A stretch of 64,000 bases of DNA from Piromyces finnis finn (Eukaryota > Fungi > Neocallimastigomycota), in assembly GCA_002104945.1 (NCBI GenBank), contig MCFH01000070.1, positions 1 through 64,000 of the forward strand. Reading direction: 5' to 3'. A program made the position numbers and the translations under genes. Of this stretch, positions 1-13,303 are shown one piece after another; within the stretch, counting starts at the first letter, position 1, and each line of letters opens with the position of its first letter. Under the pieces are notes generated by a model, which worked only from the letters and a program-made list of their open reading frames with translations, had not been told where the DNA came from and searched no databases.

Positions 1-849
1 TTTTTTTTTTCAATTTTTTTACCTATAGAGTAATTATAATTTTCATTACTACTATTATTACTATAATTAGTAATAGGGTTAGTATTATACAAATAAAATG
101 ATAATAATGATTATAAAAGAGATAAAGAAAAATAAATTAAATTAAAAAGGAGGGAAAAAATTTTTAATAAAATAATACACTGTTTTTTATTTTTATTTTA
201 TTTTTTTTTTTTTAAATAGAAAATAAAAATTAATTCGTTTATAATATTTAATAATAAAAAAAGCAATAATAATGGTTCAATAGAAAAAATTATGGATTTT
301 AATGAAATAAAAAACAAAGCAAAATAGAAATTAATAAAATCCATTAAATACTCATAAAAAAAAAAATTAATTAAAAAAAATATATACTAAAATAAAAATA
401 ATTATTATATTTTTATATATTAATACAAATATAATAATTTAAATAGCATATTTAATACTGTATTTTAAAACAATAATATAGATAGATATAAAAATAATAA
501 AAATAAAAAAATAAAATTTACATATAAAAAAAAAGTTAACATATCTTTATATAATTATTAATTTGTTTTATTTATTAGGATTCTTTTTTTTTTTTTTATA
601 GGATTTACAAATTTACTATATTTAAAAATTTTATAAAAAAAAATAGAAAAATTTAAACATTAGAATATACTTTTTTGTTTGTTTTTTACTTATTTTATTT
701 TATAATAATAATGAAAAAATAAAAATAAAAAAGCAATAATAAATATATAAAAGTGAAGAAGTCAAAAATAAAAAAAGAAAAAAAAATTAAAAATAAAATT
801 GTATAGTAACTCTCAATATAATGATACTGCATTGATACATCCTCCTATT

Positions 850-1039
850 CCTACCTAATAAATAAAATGGAATATATATATAAAAGGATCAAAGAATGAT
901 AGTATCAATCTACCATGAGTTATGATTTCCTATATTGTAGAATTATTAACATTAGACTTGGACACTTTCAACAGGACATTTAGAATGTTTCTTTTCAATA
1001 CCGGTATAAAATAGACATTCTTGATTTCATTTGATTTCC

Positions 1040-1045
<6 letters not shown>
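850..1045 (-). pseudogene. Decayed 3' relic of the older LINE family (downstream half; interrupted by the young element)
   Basis: Minus strand reads DRKSNEIKNVYFIPVLKRNILNV, against DR...IKSADVVPIWQRNILNV in the old element at ~45505-45580. Shared DNA anchors: ttgatagg, aatcaaga, aacattct, aactcatgg, actatcat. Confidence 0.65.
1033..1045. repeat. Target-site duplication (left copy) GATTTCCTATCAA
   Basis: Identical 13-mer directly abuts the poly(T) at 1046 and recurs at 6737-6749. Confidence 0.93.
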
Positions 1046-1089
<44 letters not shown>

Positions 1090-1324
1090 GGCATCAAATA
1101 TTTTAAACTTTATTATTAATTTAATTAAAATTATAATACATGAAATATAAAAATTAAAATAAAATAAAAATAAAAAAAATATGTTTAAATAAACACAAAT
1201 GAATAAAAATTGGGTATAATGTATTCTAGTAATTTTAATTAAAGTAAGAAAGCCACTATCATACTAAAGTATAATAATTGTATTTGACTTCCAATGGGAC
1301 ACCGAGCCAAAGATCAAAATTTTG

Positions 1325-4300
1325 TCATGGAACAAAATTATGATCTCCATTGGTTGCGCTGGCCCTCCTGGCCTGTCTTACTGTTTCTTCAGCATTGACG
1401 CTCTTGGATGTTGCTTCAAACCTTTTGAACATTGACCATTGCTGGCCAATAGCAAAAGGCATGATTTTGGTTAGAAGTTCCGCGGTTACCGTCAAGAATG
1501 GTGCTCCTTCATTAGTACCAGATTGAATCTGACGCTTACAAAGTTCTTTCCATTCCCTTGAATTGTAATTAATATTGTTAAAACTTCTTCCCCCAAGAAG
1601 GAATTTAAATATTTTACTGCACACACTAGAATAATCATACACATTAATATTCACCGGATTATTAGAACTATTACTATCATTAACTAAATTACTATCTAAA
1701 TTAGAATTATTATCTTCACTATTGCTATCATTACTAATATTATTATTTCTATTATTGTTATTATTACTATTGTTACTATTACTATTGTTACTATTACTAT
1801 TGTTACTATTACTATTGTTACTATTACTATTAATGTTATTACTATCTCTACTGATATTATCAATTTCATTATTATTGATAGGACTATTGGAATTACGTTG
1901 ACTGAAAAAATTTAATAGCTGGACTATGGAATCATAATGTTTAATACGGATATCTCTAAATGTTGGACAATCTAATAACCAATGTTTAATACTTTGATCT
2001 CCACACTTGCAACATGGACAGTAGTTAGGACAAACTGGATCAACAAATTTAGCAGCTTTGGCAACTCTAGCATCCAACTTGTATCCGCTTCTTGCTTTCA
2101 ATAGCCAGTAGAAGCCATAGGCAAACTCTGGGTACTCATAACATAATTTAATAAAATCTTTAGTTTCACTAAATTTATTATCATCATAATATTGCGCTTT
2201 GATTGAATTCCCTTTGAGATCTTTCCAATAAAAGTTTTTAACTGCTTTAACATCTCCATGTTTCTTTAGTTTTTTATCAAGTGTCCTACTTGATTTGCAC
2301 CACGTGTATTTTCTAAATTTAGGAATGTAATTGACAAGGTGTGAGATAATACAATTTGAGTTTTTCCATTTGTTAAAACATCTAACCTGAGCTAACGCAC
2401 ATTTGGCTGACAATGGAGGAATATTCAAATCTTTTGAAATAGAGTATAAAGATATAAACGATACAGCTTTATGAACTCCGGCAACCCATCGTATTCCTTT
2501 GTTAACATGCTTCTGAGCAATCCTAGACCTAGCTTTGTTGGATCCAAGTAATGGTGCAAAGTATGAAACTCTGCTAATCACTTGTGAGTTAAGTACTAGT
2601 TTTTTGAAAGGAATAGGAATATTAGGATTTCTTAAGAATTTACTGACTGAGAAAAGCCCTTTCAAAACCTTGTTATTAAGAGCTTTAATTACTGGTTTAA
2701 GGGACAAATTCTTATCAAATGGAACACCAAGATAAGTATAACAATCAGTAGTTGGAATGGGTTGTCCTGCTAAGTAAAATGTTGGATCTCTCTTGTTCTG
2801 ATTTTCTATTGATTCAGGACGAATCACCATCGTTGAACATTTCTGGATACCAAATTCCATTTCATTATACAATGCCCATTCATTAACTCTTCTAAGCATC
2901 TTTTTTAAGCATCCTCTTGTTGGAGCACAAATAACTATATCATCTGCAAAAAGTCCACCACAGCATCGAGTGTCACCTAAACTGACTCCTAGATCTTCGC
3001 ACTCTCTAAATATATCATTAATAAAGAGATTAAAGAGAATAGGAGAAAGAGGGCAACCTTGACGGACTCCTTTCTTCACATCAAAAGATTTCGAGAATTG
3101 TCCATCTAATTTGACATTAGCCTTAGATGTTAAATATAAATTTTTGATGAATTGTAAACTCTTACCTCGGATTCCTAAACAATCTAATTTATGGAGAATA
3201 TTACCGATTGGGACTGAATCGTATGCTTTCCTGAGATCTAAAAAGGCCAAATATGTCTCTTTATTATCTAATTGACGTCTACGGCATATTTCTTGGATTG
3301 AAATGAAAAGACTAATACTTTCTTCCTTTTTTCGAAAACCAAATTGTTCAGGTCTAATGAAATTATTCTTTAAACCATATTCTGAGATTCTAGTGGTGAC
3401 AATTTTGGAAATCAACTTAATACCATTATTGATAAGTGATATACCTCGATAGTTATCACAATCTGTCAAATCTCCCTTCTTAGGAATAGAAACAATACTG
3501 GATTCATTCCATGAGTTGGGGAAATCTCCATCCCAAATACGGTTGAATAATTTAAGAATAAAATTTAAACCATGAGCATCATTATCTGAAGTAGTATTAC
3601 CAGAAGAATTATTATCTGTAGCATTATTAGAATCATTACTTGATGGAACTAATGCTTTGTAAAATTCAATTGGAATACCATCCGGACCTGATGCTTTATA
3701 ATTTGGAGTAGTGAGGATAGCTGACTTGACTTCATCAATACTAATATCTTGGTTGATATCCCATTCATCAAGCATAGGAAGTGAAAAACGTTTATTCATT
3801 GGTTCTTCATACCAATGCTCTAAATCAAGACTTACACCACTTGGATCTGATGCAAGCTTTTCGAAATGATCATGCCACACATCTAGTTGTTCTTCCGTAG
3901 CAACAACTAATTCTCCATTTTTATTTTTAATTGGTTGAGCAATAAAGAAAGAATCTTTTCCAATTTTTGCAGTTTTCTTGATCCATTTCCAGGCCTTCTT
4001 AGGATTATGACTCTTCATATACTCACATCCTGTTTTAATCCAATGAAGATATTCTTGCTTCCTAAATTCATTACATCTTTTGTGGATGTAATCAATGAGT
4101 TTACGGTAGATTTTAATTCTTTTAATAAATTCATCTATATCATAAATTCTTTCTTTTTTAAATCTCTTATACAACTTCATTTTGATTTTTTGAAGATTAA
4201 AAATTTGTTGTGAAATATGAAATGAAGACTTTATAACATTATTTGCTGAAGTAATACTGAGCTCGTCTGCAATTGAAAAAGCAGTTGAAGTAAACTCTTT

Positions 4301-5848
4301 GGAAAGTTCATCTGTAGAAACATTAGGATCGTTGGATTTAGCTGAAAGTATTTGGAATTTATTATGACTGAGAATAGATTCCTTTTCCTCAATACATTTT
4401 AATCTATTCCATTTCAGAATTTTCTTAGGAACATTAAAGTCATTAGAAAAATCTTCCATAGGAATAATTTTACCATTAATAAGAAGTGGCTTATGGTCTG
4501 ATACAGGATAAAAATTATTTATAAATGATCCTGAGTGAATAAGATCTTTCATCTTCGAATTGATAAGAGCATGGTCAATGTCGGAAGATTGATCACCTCG
4601 AGTCCAAGAGATAGTAGACCCTCTAAGCGGAAGAATTTCCCAATCTCCTAATCCATTAGTTGATAACCAGTTGGATAATTTTACTTTAGACATATTAAAA
4701 TCACCAACAAGAATCGATGGATGGGATGAATGAGTTTGTAACCACAAGCGAACTTCTAACTTTGCATGATCAACATAGATGTTGTGATGACTATGAGGCA
4801 TATAAACATTACCAATCGAGCATTTGAATCTATTCCAGAGACTAAAAGTATAAATAGAAATAATATACTTTCCAGAGAAGTTTTCAAGTGAGGCTTGACA
4901 TGAATTGTGAAAACCTAAATATAAACCTCTCATTCCCGGAACTGATTCGTCAGCTTTCTTGAAAAAGTGTCTATAGTTTCGCAAAGTAACACGACAAGGA
5001 TAATCTGTATTCGATCCAGAACCATTACCAGTTTCTTGGAAACATAAAAATAATGGTTTGAAAATAGCTGTGAAATAGCTAATACTATCTCTCTTTTCGT
5101 GATTCCACCCATTGGTGTTCCAACTAAGACAAAAAGAAAAGTTATCAGGCTTGTTGGATGAGGAAGAATCGTTGCTATTATTATTATTATTAAAGTCATC
5201 GTTATTAATGGATGATGCATCAGAGGAATAAGTAGAACTATTACTAGATGGCTGTGAAACTGAAGAACTATCAACTATTGAACTGTTATCAGAGTTGATA
5301 GAGCTATTAGAATTAATTGTTGAATGTTGAGATTGAAATTGTGTTTGCTGTAGATCTGGAATATTTTCATGATTGGAAACTTGTTGAAGATCTTGTTGAA
5401 GATCTAGTTGAAGATCGGATTGTTGATGAGATTGTTGAACTGATTGTTGAAATGATTGTTGAATAGAATGTTGATGTTTATTAGAAACTAAAATTTTACG
5501 TTTGAGAGTGGAAAAAGTGTATTTGTGATTCCTTCTACTACGAGCTGAAAAGGAAATTGAGGTAACTGAAAGTTTCTTCTTTAACATGTGTAAGATTTTA
5601 ATACAATCTTTCGATGAACCATGAACCTTGACTAAGAAAAAGTGATCATTGAAAGTCTGAAAATATTTAACACTAATAACTGAATTAAATTTATCTTCTA
5701 GAATAACCTCGAGTTTTTCCCATAGCATATTTACTGACCATGATCGAATACCACGGATAAAGAAGGAGCGAATATCATCTAAGGGGATACCATAAGACCG
5801 GGTACCACGTCTGATATAATTCTTGTCTTTAATATAAAGGACTGACAT
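1325..5848 (-). CDS. Non-LTR retrotransposon polyprotein: N-terminal domain, Q/S/N linker, APE endonuclease, reverse transcriptase, C-terminal Cys/His zinc motif
   Basis: APE motifs SWNTNG, FQET, GDFN, SDIDH, SDHKPL; RT motifs GPDG, NYRGISL, EQFGFR, FLDLRKAYDSV, QGCPLSP, LFADD, YLGV; C-terminal CPCCKC...HWLLDC. Confidence 0.96.
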   Translation of the reverse strand: MSVLYIKDKNYIRRGTRSYGIPLDDIRSFFIRGIRSWSVNMLWEKLEVILEDKFNSVISVKYFQTFNDHFFLVKVHGSSKDCIKILHMLKKKLSVTSISFSARSRRNHKYTFSTLKRKILVSNKHQHSIQQSFQQSVQQSHQQSDLQLDLQQDLQQVSNHENIPDLQQTQFQSQHSTINSNSSINSDNSSIVDSSSVSQPSSNSSTYSSDASSINNDDFNNNNNSNDSSSSNKPDNFSFCLSWNTNGWNHEKRDSISYFTAIFKPLFLCFQETGNGSGSNTDYPCRVTLRNYRHFFKKADESVPGMRGLYLGFHNSCQASLENFSGKYIISIYTFSLWNRFKCSIGNVYMPHSHHNIYVDHAKLEVRLWLQTHSSHPSILVGDFNMSKVKLSNWLSTNGLGDWEILPLRGSTISWTRGDQSSDIDHALINSKMKDLIHSGSFINNFYPVSDHKPLLINGKIIPMEDFSNDFNVPKKILKWNRLKCIEEKESILSHNKFQILSAKSNDPNVSTDELSKEFTSTAFSIADELSITSANNVIKSSFHISQQIFNLQKIKMKLYKRFKKERIYDIDEFIKRIKIYRKLIDYIHKRCNEFRKQEYLHWIKTGCEYMKSHNPKKAWKWIKKTAKIGKDSFFIAQPIKNKNGELVVATEEQLDVWHDHFEKLASDPSGVSLDLEHWYEEPMNKRFSLPMLDEWDINQDISIDEVKSAILTTPNYKASGPDGIPIEFYKALVPSSNDSNNATDNNSSGNTTSDNDAHGLNFILKLFNRIWDGDFPNSWNESSIVSIPKKGDLTDCDNYRGISLINNGIKLISKIVTTRISEYGLKNNFIRPEQFGFRKKEESISLFISIQEICRRRQLDNKETYLAFLDLRKAYDSVPIGNILHKLDCLGIRGKSLQFIKNLYLTSKANVKLDGQFSKSFDVKKGVRQGCPLSPILFNLFINDIFRECEDLGVSLGDTRCCGGLFADDIVICAPTRGCLKKMLRRVNEWALYNEMEFGIQKCSTMVIRPESIENQNKRDPTFYLAGQPIPTTDCYTYLGVPFDKNLSLKPVIKALNNKVLKGLFSVSKFLRNPNIPIPFKKLVLNSQVISRVSYFAPLLGSNKARSRIAQKHVNKGIRWVAGVHKAVSFISLYSISKDLNIPPLSAKCALAQVRCFNKWKNSNCIISHLVNYIPKFRKYTWCKSSRTLDKKLKKHGDVKAVKNFYWKDLKGNSIKAQYYDDNKFSETKDFIKLCYEYPEFAYGFYWLLKARSGYKLDARVAKAAKFVDPVCPNYCPCCKCGDQSIKHWLLDCPTFRDIRIKHYDSIVQLLNFFSQRNSNSPINNNEIDNISRDSNNINSNSNNSNSNNSNSNNSNSNNSNNNNNRNNNISNDSNSEDNNSNLDSNLVNDSNSSNNPVNINVYDYSSVCSKIFKFLLGGRSFNNINYNSREWKELCKRQIQSGTNEGAPFLTVTAELLTKIMPFAIGQQWSMFKRFEATSKSVNAEETVRQARRASATNGDHNFVP
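1766..1830. repeat. 15-bp coding minisatellite (NSNNS repeats) inside the LINE ORF
   Basis: actattgttactatt repeated about 4 times. Confidence 0.8.
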
Positions 5849-6490
5849 GATAATAAATTCTAATTAAAAATATTGAATATAAAATAAATACTAATAAAAA
5901 TTATAAATATAACGTATATGGAAAAAAAATCTGTCTCTCTCTCTCTTCTTAAAAGTACTGGATAGTACAAAAATTGTTACGATGCTTTGTTTAAAGTTTC
6001 TTTTTTTGAATTCTAGTTGTAAATTTTCTTTAAAAATTCTAGTTTTGGTTTGTTGTTAGTAAATTCGATTCGCTTTTTGACACTAAACTTGTTTGACTTA
6101 CTTTTCATTAAATATTTAAATTGGTAAAAAATTTGAATCAAGAATGTCGACACCAGAAAGCTTGTGAATAGTATTTTTACATGATGTAGAGTGAATCAGT
6201 CTCTTACAAGAAACAATACAACAATAGCTACATGAATATAAAAATACAATGCAAATGCTAAAGTTGACTACATTGGATTCTTACAAGAGAAGAGTAGTAC
6301 TACATGAATACATGAATAAAAGAAAAAATACAGCAACAAAATGTATTACTCTTCTAATTAAATACTATACAAACTTACCTGAATATCAAACATTCAACTT
6401 ATTCATCAAATACTTAAATTCGATGGATAAATGTTTTTTAATCGCTCAGTACCATGAGCTTAGTCCTAATAATTTTCCCTTAAAGACTAA

Positions 6491-6735
6491 CCAAGCATCC
6501 ATTGCGCAATGCTTGGATTTAATTCTTCCTACTCTCTCAGTACCATGAGCATGAGTAGACCCCCTTGAGAAACTACATTTATTAAATAAATGAAGGCACG
6601 TTTCCAAGAGGGCACCAAGCATCCATTGCGCAATACTTGGATTTAATTCTTTCTACTCTCTCAGTACCATGAGCATGAGTAGACCCCCTTGAGAAACTAC
6701 ATTTATTAAATAAATGAAGGCACGTTCCCAAGAGG
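6491..6735 (-). repeat. Two 124-bp-period tandem monomers at the 5' end of the LINE
   Basis: 6491-6611 and 6615-6735 differ by 3 transitions. Each contains the palindrome ATTGCGCAAT and several hairpins. Confidence 0.92.
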
Positions 6736-6736
6736 A

Positions 6737-6749
6737 GATTTCCTATCAA
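6737..6749. repeat. Target-site duplication (right copy) GATTTCCTATCAA
   Basis: Identical to 1033-1045; marks the element 5' end at 6736. Confidence 0.93.
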
Positions 6750-6880
6750 ATAAAAAAAAAAAAAAAAAAATCACAAAGCTGTTAATACAAAATCATTTGT
6801 TTTGTTTTGTTTTGTTTTTTAGTAAAAAACGACTTTAAGATTTTATATATATAGGTAGTATGAGATCCTGTTGATTATAT
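6750..6880 (-). pseudogene. Decayed relic of the older LINE family (upstream half)
   Basis: Minus strand caacaggatctcat...ttttttactaaaa...attaacagctttgtga aligns with catcggggtctcat...ttttcttactaaaa...attagtagctctatga at 45413-45492. Confidence 0.6.
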
Positions 6881-8200
6881 ATAAAAAATATTTTAAACAT
6901 TAATGCACTTATGTGTAATTGGGACTAGATATTTCCAATACTACAAAGAATTTTTAATCTTGGACACTTTGTAATTCAATAATTAACCTAAAGATCATTC
7001 TTACATTATAGAAAGTAAATAGACTAATAAATATATATATTTGTTTTTGTTTTTGTTTCCGTTTTTTTGTTTTTTGTTTTTGTTTGATTTTATTCTTTAT
7101 TTTATTATATGTGATATATATGAAATGTGATAATATCTTCATTTTTTTAATCTCTTTCTTTCTTTTGGGTTTATTTTTATTTTTAAATAAAAAAGAAATT
7201 ATTTTTTTCTTTTATTATCATATAATAGAATTTTTTCTATTACCATTTTTTTTGTGTTTCTTCATTTCTTTTTTTTTTTTTTTGCTTTTGATTATGCTTT
7301 TCTCTTTTTTTTTTTTTTTTCCAAAAAAAAAAAAAATTAAACAAAATAAAATAAATAAAAATATGGGGATAACTTTTTTATTTTATTTTTTTTTTAATGT
7401 CATATTAAATAATAAATATTATATTTATTTAATATTATTATTTTTAATAGTCATTAAAAAAAACTTTTTATTTCCATATATTTCTTCTCTTTTTTCTTTC
7501 TTTTAATAAATTTATAAAAAAATTAAAAATATTTCTATTACTAAAATAAGTAAATTAAATATACTAAAATGAGTTTATATATTATTCATTCTAATCATTC
7601 CTATTCATGCATTTTTTTTCTACAAAGAAATTGCAACAAAAAATATATATTAATCTAACTATGGTAAGAACTTTTAATAAATAATCCACTTAATTATTAT
7701 TATTCTAGTTGTTGATTATTATTTATACTATTATTATTTATAATTACTGTTGTTGTTTTGTGTTGAAAATTATAATATATATTTCATTTTCTTTATATAA
7801 ATATTATAAAGTAATAAAACTTTTTATTCAAGAAAGAAAGAGGAAAAAAGTATTACTACCTATATAAAATCTATAAAGTGTAATTAAAAATTCCAAAATA
7901 TTTATCAAACTATTTTAACTAAATTTATATATTCTAGAATTTCTTAAAATATATCAAAATAGATAAATTCATTTATATTTTAAGTAAATAAATCTTAAAA
8001 CTGAAATTTAGTTTATATTGTTGTTTAAATATTATTGTCATTTTTTATTGTTTATGAACTAAAAAAAAATAACTGAAAATATTATATTAAAATGAAAAAA
8101 TTAAATTGGAAACAAAAATTATAAAGTATTTACATCATTGCAATAAACACTTTATAATAAAGGGAAATTTATTATTTAATTAATGATTAAATTAAATAAT

Positions 8201-10139
<1,939 letters not shown>

Positions 10140-13100
10140 TTTTTCTATATAATTATAAATTTGAAATATTATTTATATATTAATATATTGTTAATTATGA
10201 TAAAATAATTGTTATTAAAAAATAATGTTTATTAAATTTAATTCTAAACTCCTTTTCTATCACATCTTAATAATATTCATCTGTCTTTTTTATTACATTT
10301 TCCTTTTTATTATAATAATACATATTGAATTTAATAATTTGATATTAATCTTCCACATTTTGCCATTTTAAAGTCTATTATTTTTTTTACATTCTTTAAT
10401 CAATGATAATGTTTACTTTTGGTTTAACATTTATAAAATGTCGCTTAGAATTAAAAAAAAAGATTGTTTTTGAATTTTTTTATCCAATTTATTTTTGAAT
10501 TTTTATGATTAATTTCTCAACATGTTCAATGATTTGTTTATTACAGAATTTAATTCGCAATAAGTTTAAAGTTCAACAACAATTCAATAATTTCTTTATT
10601 TTCCCACTTACTTTTTTTTTTTTAAATCTAAATTAACAAAATTTTTTTTTTTTTATTTTATATATATAAAAATCTTTTTATAGACTATTTAACTAGTTTT
10701 TAAAAAGATTACAATTAATAATATTAAATATAAAAATATTTAATAATTTTTTTTTTTTTTTTATATATTTATTAAAAGAGACAAGAGTAGAAAAAAAAAA
10801 TTTTCTGATACTGAAAAACTTTTATTAAAATAAAAAAAAAAAAAAATTGATGTTTTTCATTGGTTAAAAATTATATATCCATTTAAATTTATTTGTATAA
10901 AACAATATTTTCTAACCCTTTAATTTTTATTTAATTAAATTAATTATCTATCAGTAAATAAAAAAAATATTTTATACAATCAAATTAGAAACTATATATA
11001 TATAATATATAGAGAAATGTATTTTTAAATAATATGGAATATACATACAATATAAAATAATATAATATAAATTAAATTACATCAAAAACATCCAAATATT
11101 AAAGTTTTATTGTATATATTTAAAAATGTACATTATTATATTATATTATATATTGTGTAATACGTAATATATAAATTATGTAAATATCTAAATATTTTAA
11201 TATAAAAAAATTAATTTAAAGTAAATCTTTAAATTCTATTTATAATAAAAAGCTATATTATCCTACATTACTTCCAGAATTTAATTTAAATATACTATAA
11301 AACAGCTACTCTACTAAATACAATAATAAATTGAAATTAACCTAAATCATAATTACATTATAGATACTTATTCCTCCTTTGAAAATTTATAAAAACCTCA
11401 TTTGCTTCCTTTTTTTTTTACATATTCTAAATAGACGACGTAATTAAAAAAATCCACATTTTATTAAATTATTATAATATAATAAATTTAATAAATTATT
11501 AGCCAACCATTATGTAAATGCCACAAAAATAAGTGTTATTAAAATTAATTTTTGATTTATTATAGTTTTGAATAATAAAAATTGAATTAATAGGTAGAAT
11601 ATCATTTTTTGTTGTTGATAATTTTTACATCCATAAAATTTACATCTAAATCTCTACTAATTAACAATGATGATAACAAATTCTACTTCAAAACCTTTTT
11701 ATAGGAATTAAATATGTTTATTTAAAATTTTTTATTAATTTATATTGTAATGCATAAATGAATTAATTAATCTGAAAATAATGTTGATAAAAATGAAAAT
11801 AAATAAAAGAATAATTATTTTAATTTTTATTACTTTTTCCATATATACATTTTTTTTAAATAAAAAATCAGAAAAATATTATATATATTTTTATTGGATT
11901 TTTAAAAATTATATAAATTTACTATTAATTTATAATTATTACTATTACAGCTTTAATATATAAATAGTTTATTACATCACAGTCTTCATTATTCCTTGTC
12001 ATTCTAAAATGACTAATATTTTATATTAATCAGTTGTTTTATTTTTGTTATAATTGAGAATGAAAATTAAATCTATATTTATAATGAAAAATATTTAAAC
12101 TCAGATATAAAATATGTAAAATTATATTTATATTTTTACATTAATTTATATACAACGTACATTTTTTAAAAAATATATATTTACATCAATATTTTAAAAT
12201 ATGAAATTACAATATTTGGTGATATTGAATATATAAAATATTGAAGCTATAATGGACTTATTCAAGCCACATATGTTTATATAATGAATAGTTTAAGCTA
12301 TTCATTTCGAAAAATAAAAATAACTTCATATACTTTAAAAACAGTATTCTTAAAGTATAATGTAATCAAGTTGACTATATTAATTAAATTTTACTTATTT
12401 ACTTATTTTGTATTTATTAAAATGTTAATATGCAACTTAAAAATAACTTTCTTTTATAGATGTATAATCTTAATGTAACCAGTTTATTTTTTAGTTGGAA
12501 AATAAAGCGTATCTTAGAGAAAATTTATAGAAAATCTTTTAAAATTTTAATAATTTTTAATATAACTATAATAAATAAAAACCTTAAAAATTTTCCTAAA
12601 AAGAAAGAGTTGCTTAACTTAATTTGTATGTTTATTAAAAAATTCTGATACATTCTCATATCCTTTTATATATATAATAGTAATAATAATAGTAATAATA
12701 ATAGTAGTAGTAGTAGTAGTAGTAATAAAATACTATTGGGAAATTTTTAAAAAAAATAAGGAAAAATAAGGAAATAAATATGTATAATTAAAAAATTAAT
12801 AATGAAATATTTCTTACCTTATTTAAAATAAATTTCTATATTCATTTAGGTAGAAATTTATTTAAATAGTTATATTTAAATTTTTTAATATAATTTTTTG
12901 TGTTTTTTTTTTATTAGAATTAAAAAAAAAAATAAAAATAAATATTTTAAATATTAAACTTATATATTTCTAAAATAATATTCATACATGAATTGAATAT
13001 ATTGAATATTATTTAATTGTAATCTTTTTGAAAAATAATTCTTTAAAAATTATTAAAATAGATAAAATATATTGTAAGTATAATTATTTAATATTCATTT

Positions 13101-13303
13101 CAATTTTATCAAATGTAAATAAAATTGTATAGTTAAATTATTATAAAAGCTTTTATTTAAAATGCAATTTAACAATAAATTTATATGAATAAATATTTTA
13201 AATTATATAAACATTGAATTAAAATAATGTATACATTGATATAATAAAAATGTTTTAATAATAAAGTTATATTTTTAAAGAATTAAATTATTCATTATTC
13301 ATT

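Larger units (their letters stand above)
1046..6736 (-). mobile_element. Full-length, apparently intact non-LTR retrotransposon (APE + RT, single ORF, poly(A) tail)
   Basis: T41 at 1046-1086 (poly(A) on the element strand), 3' UTR 1087-1324, uninterrupted 1507-aa ORF, ~890-nt 5' UTR, bounded by a 13-bp TSD. Confidence 0.95.

Noticed and set aside
2535-5274. Small ORFs overlapping the LINE ORF
   Set aside because: Shadow ORFs with no recognisable motifs.
6421-6736. Assignment of the 5' monomers to a known ribozyme class, tRNA or 5S-derived head
   Set aside because: No CUGANGA/GAAA hammerhead core, no HDV P1/P3/P1.1 nesting, no convincing twister or pistol core, and no A/B boxes found by eye; left as unclassified.
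957-6970. 12-mer cttggacacttt at 957-968 and 6959-6970 as an outer TSD
   Set aside because: Not adjacent to any element end; the true TSD is the 13-mer abutting the poly(A) and the 5' end.
7084-7506. Hydrophobic F/I/L/K-rich ORFs in intergenic DNA (also 11781, 12284, 18021, 28941, 59920 and others)
   Set aside because: Expected by chance in very AT-rich DNA with homopolymer runs; no coding signal.
10600-10770. A-tracts upstream of PABP as an autoregulatory element
   Set aside because: Similar homopolymers occur throughout the intergenic DNA and the TSS is unknown.
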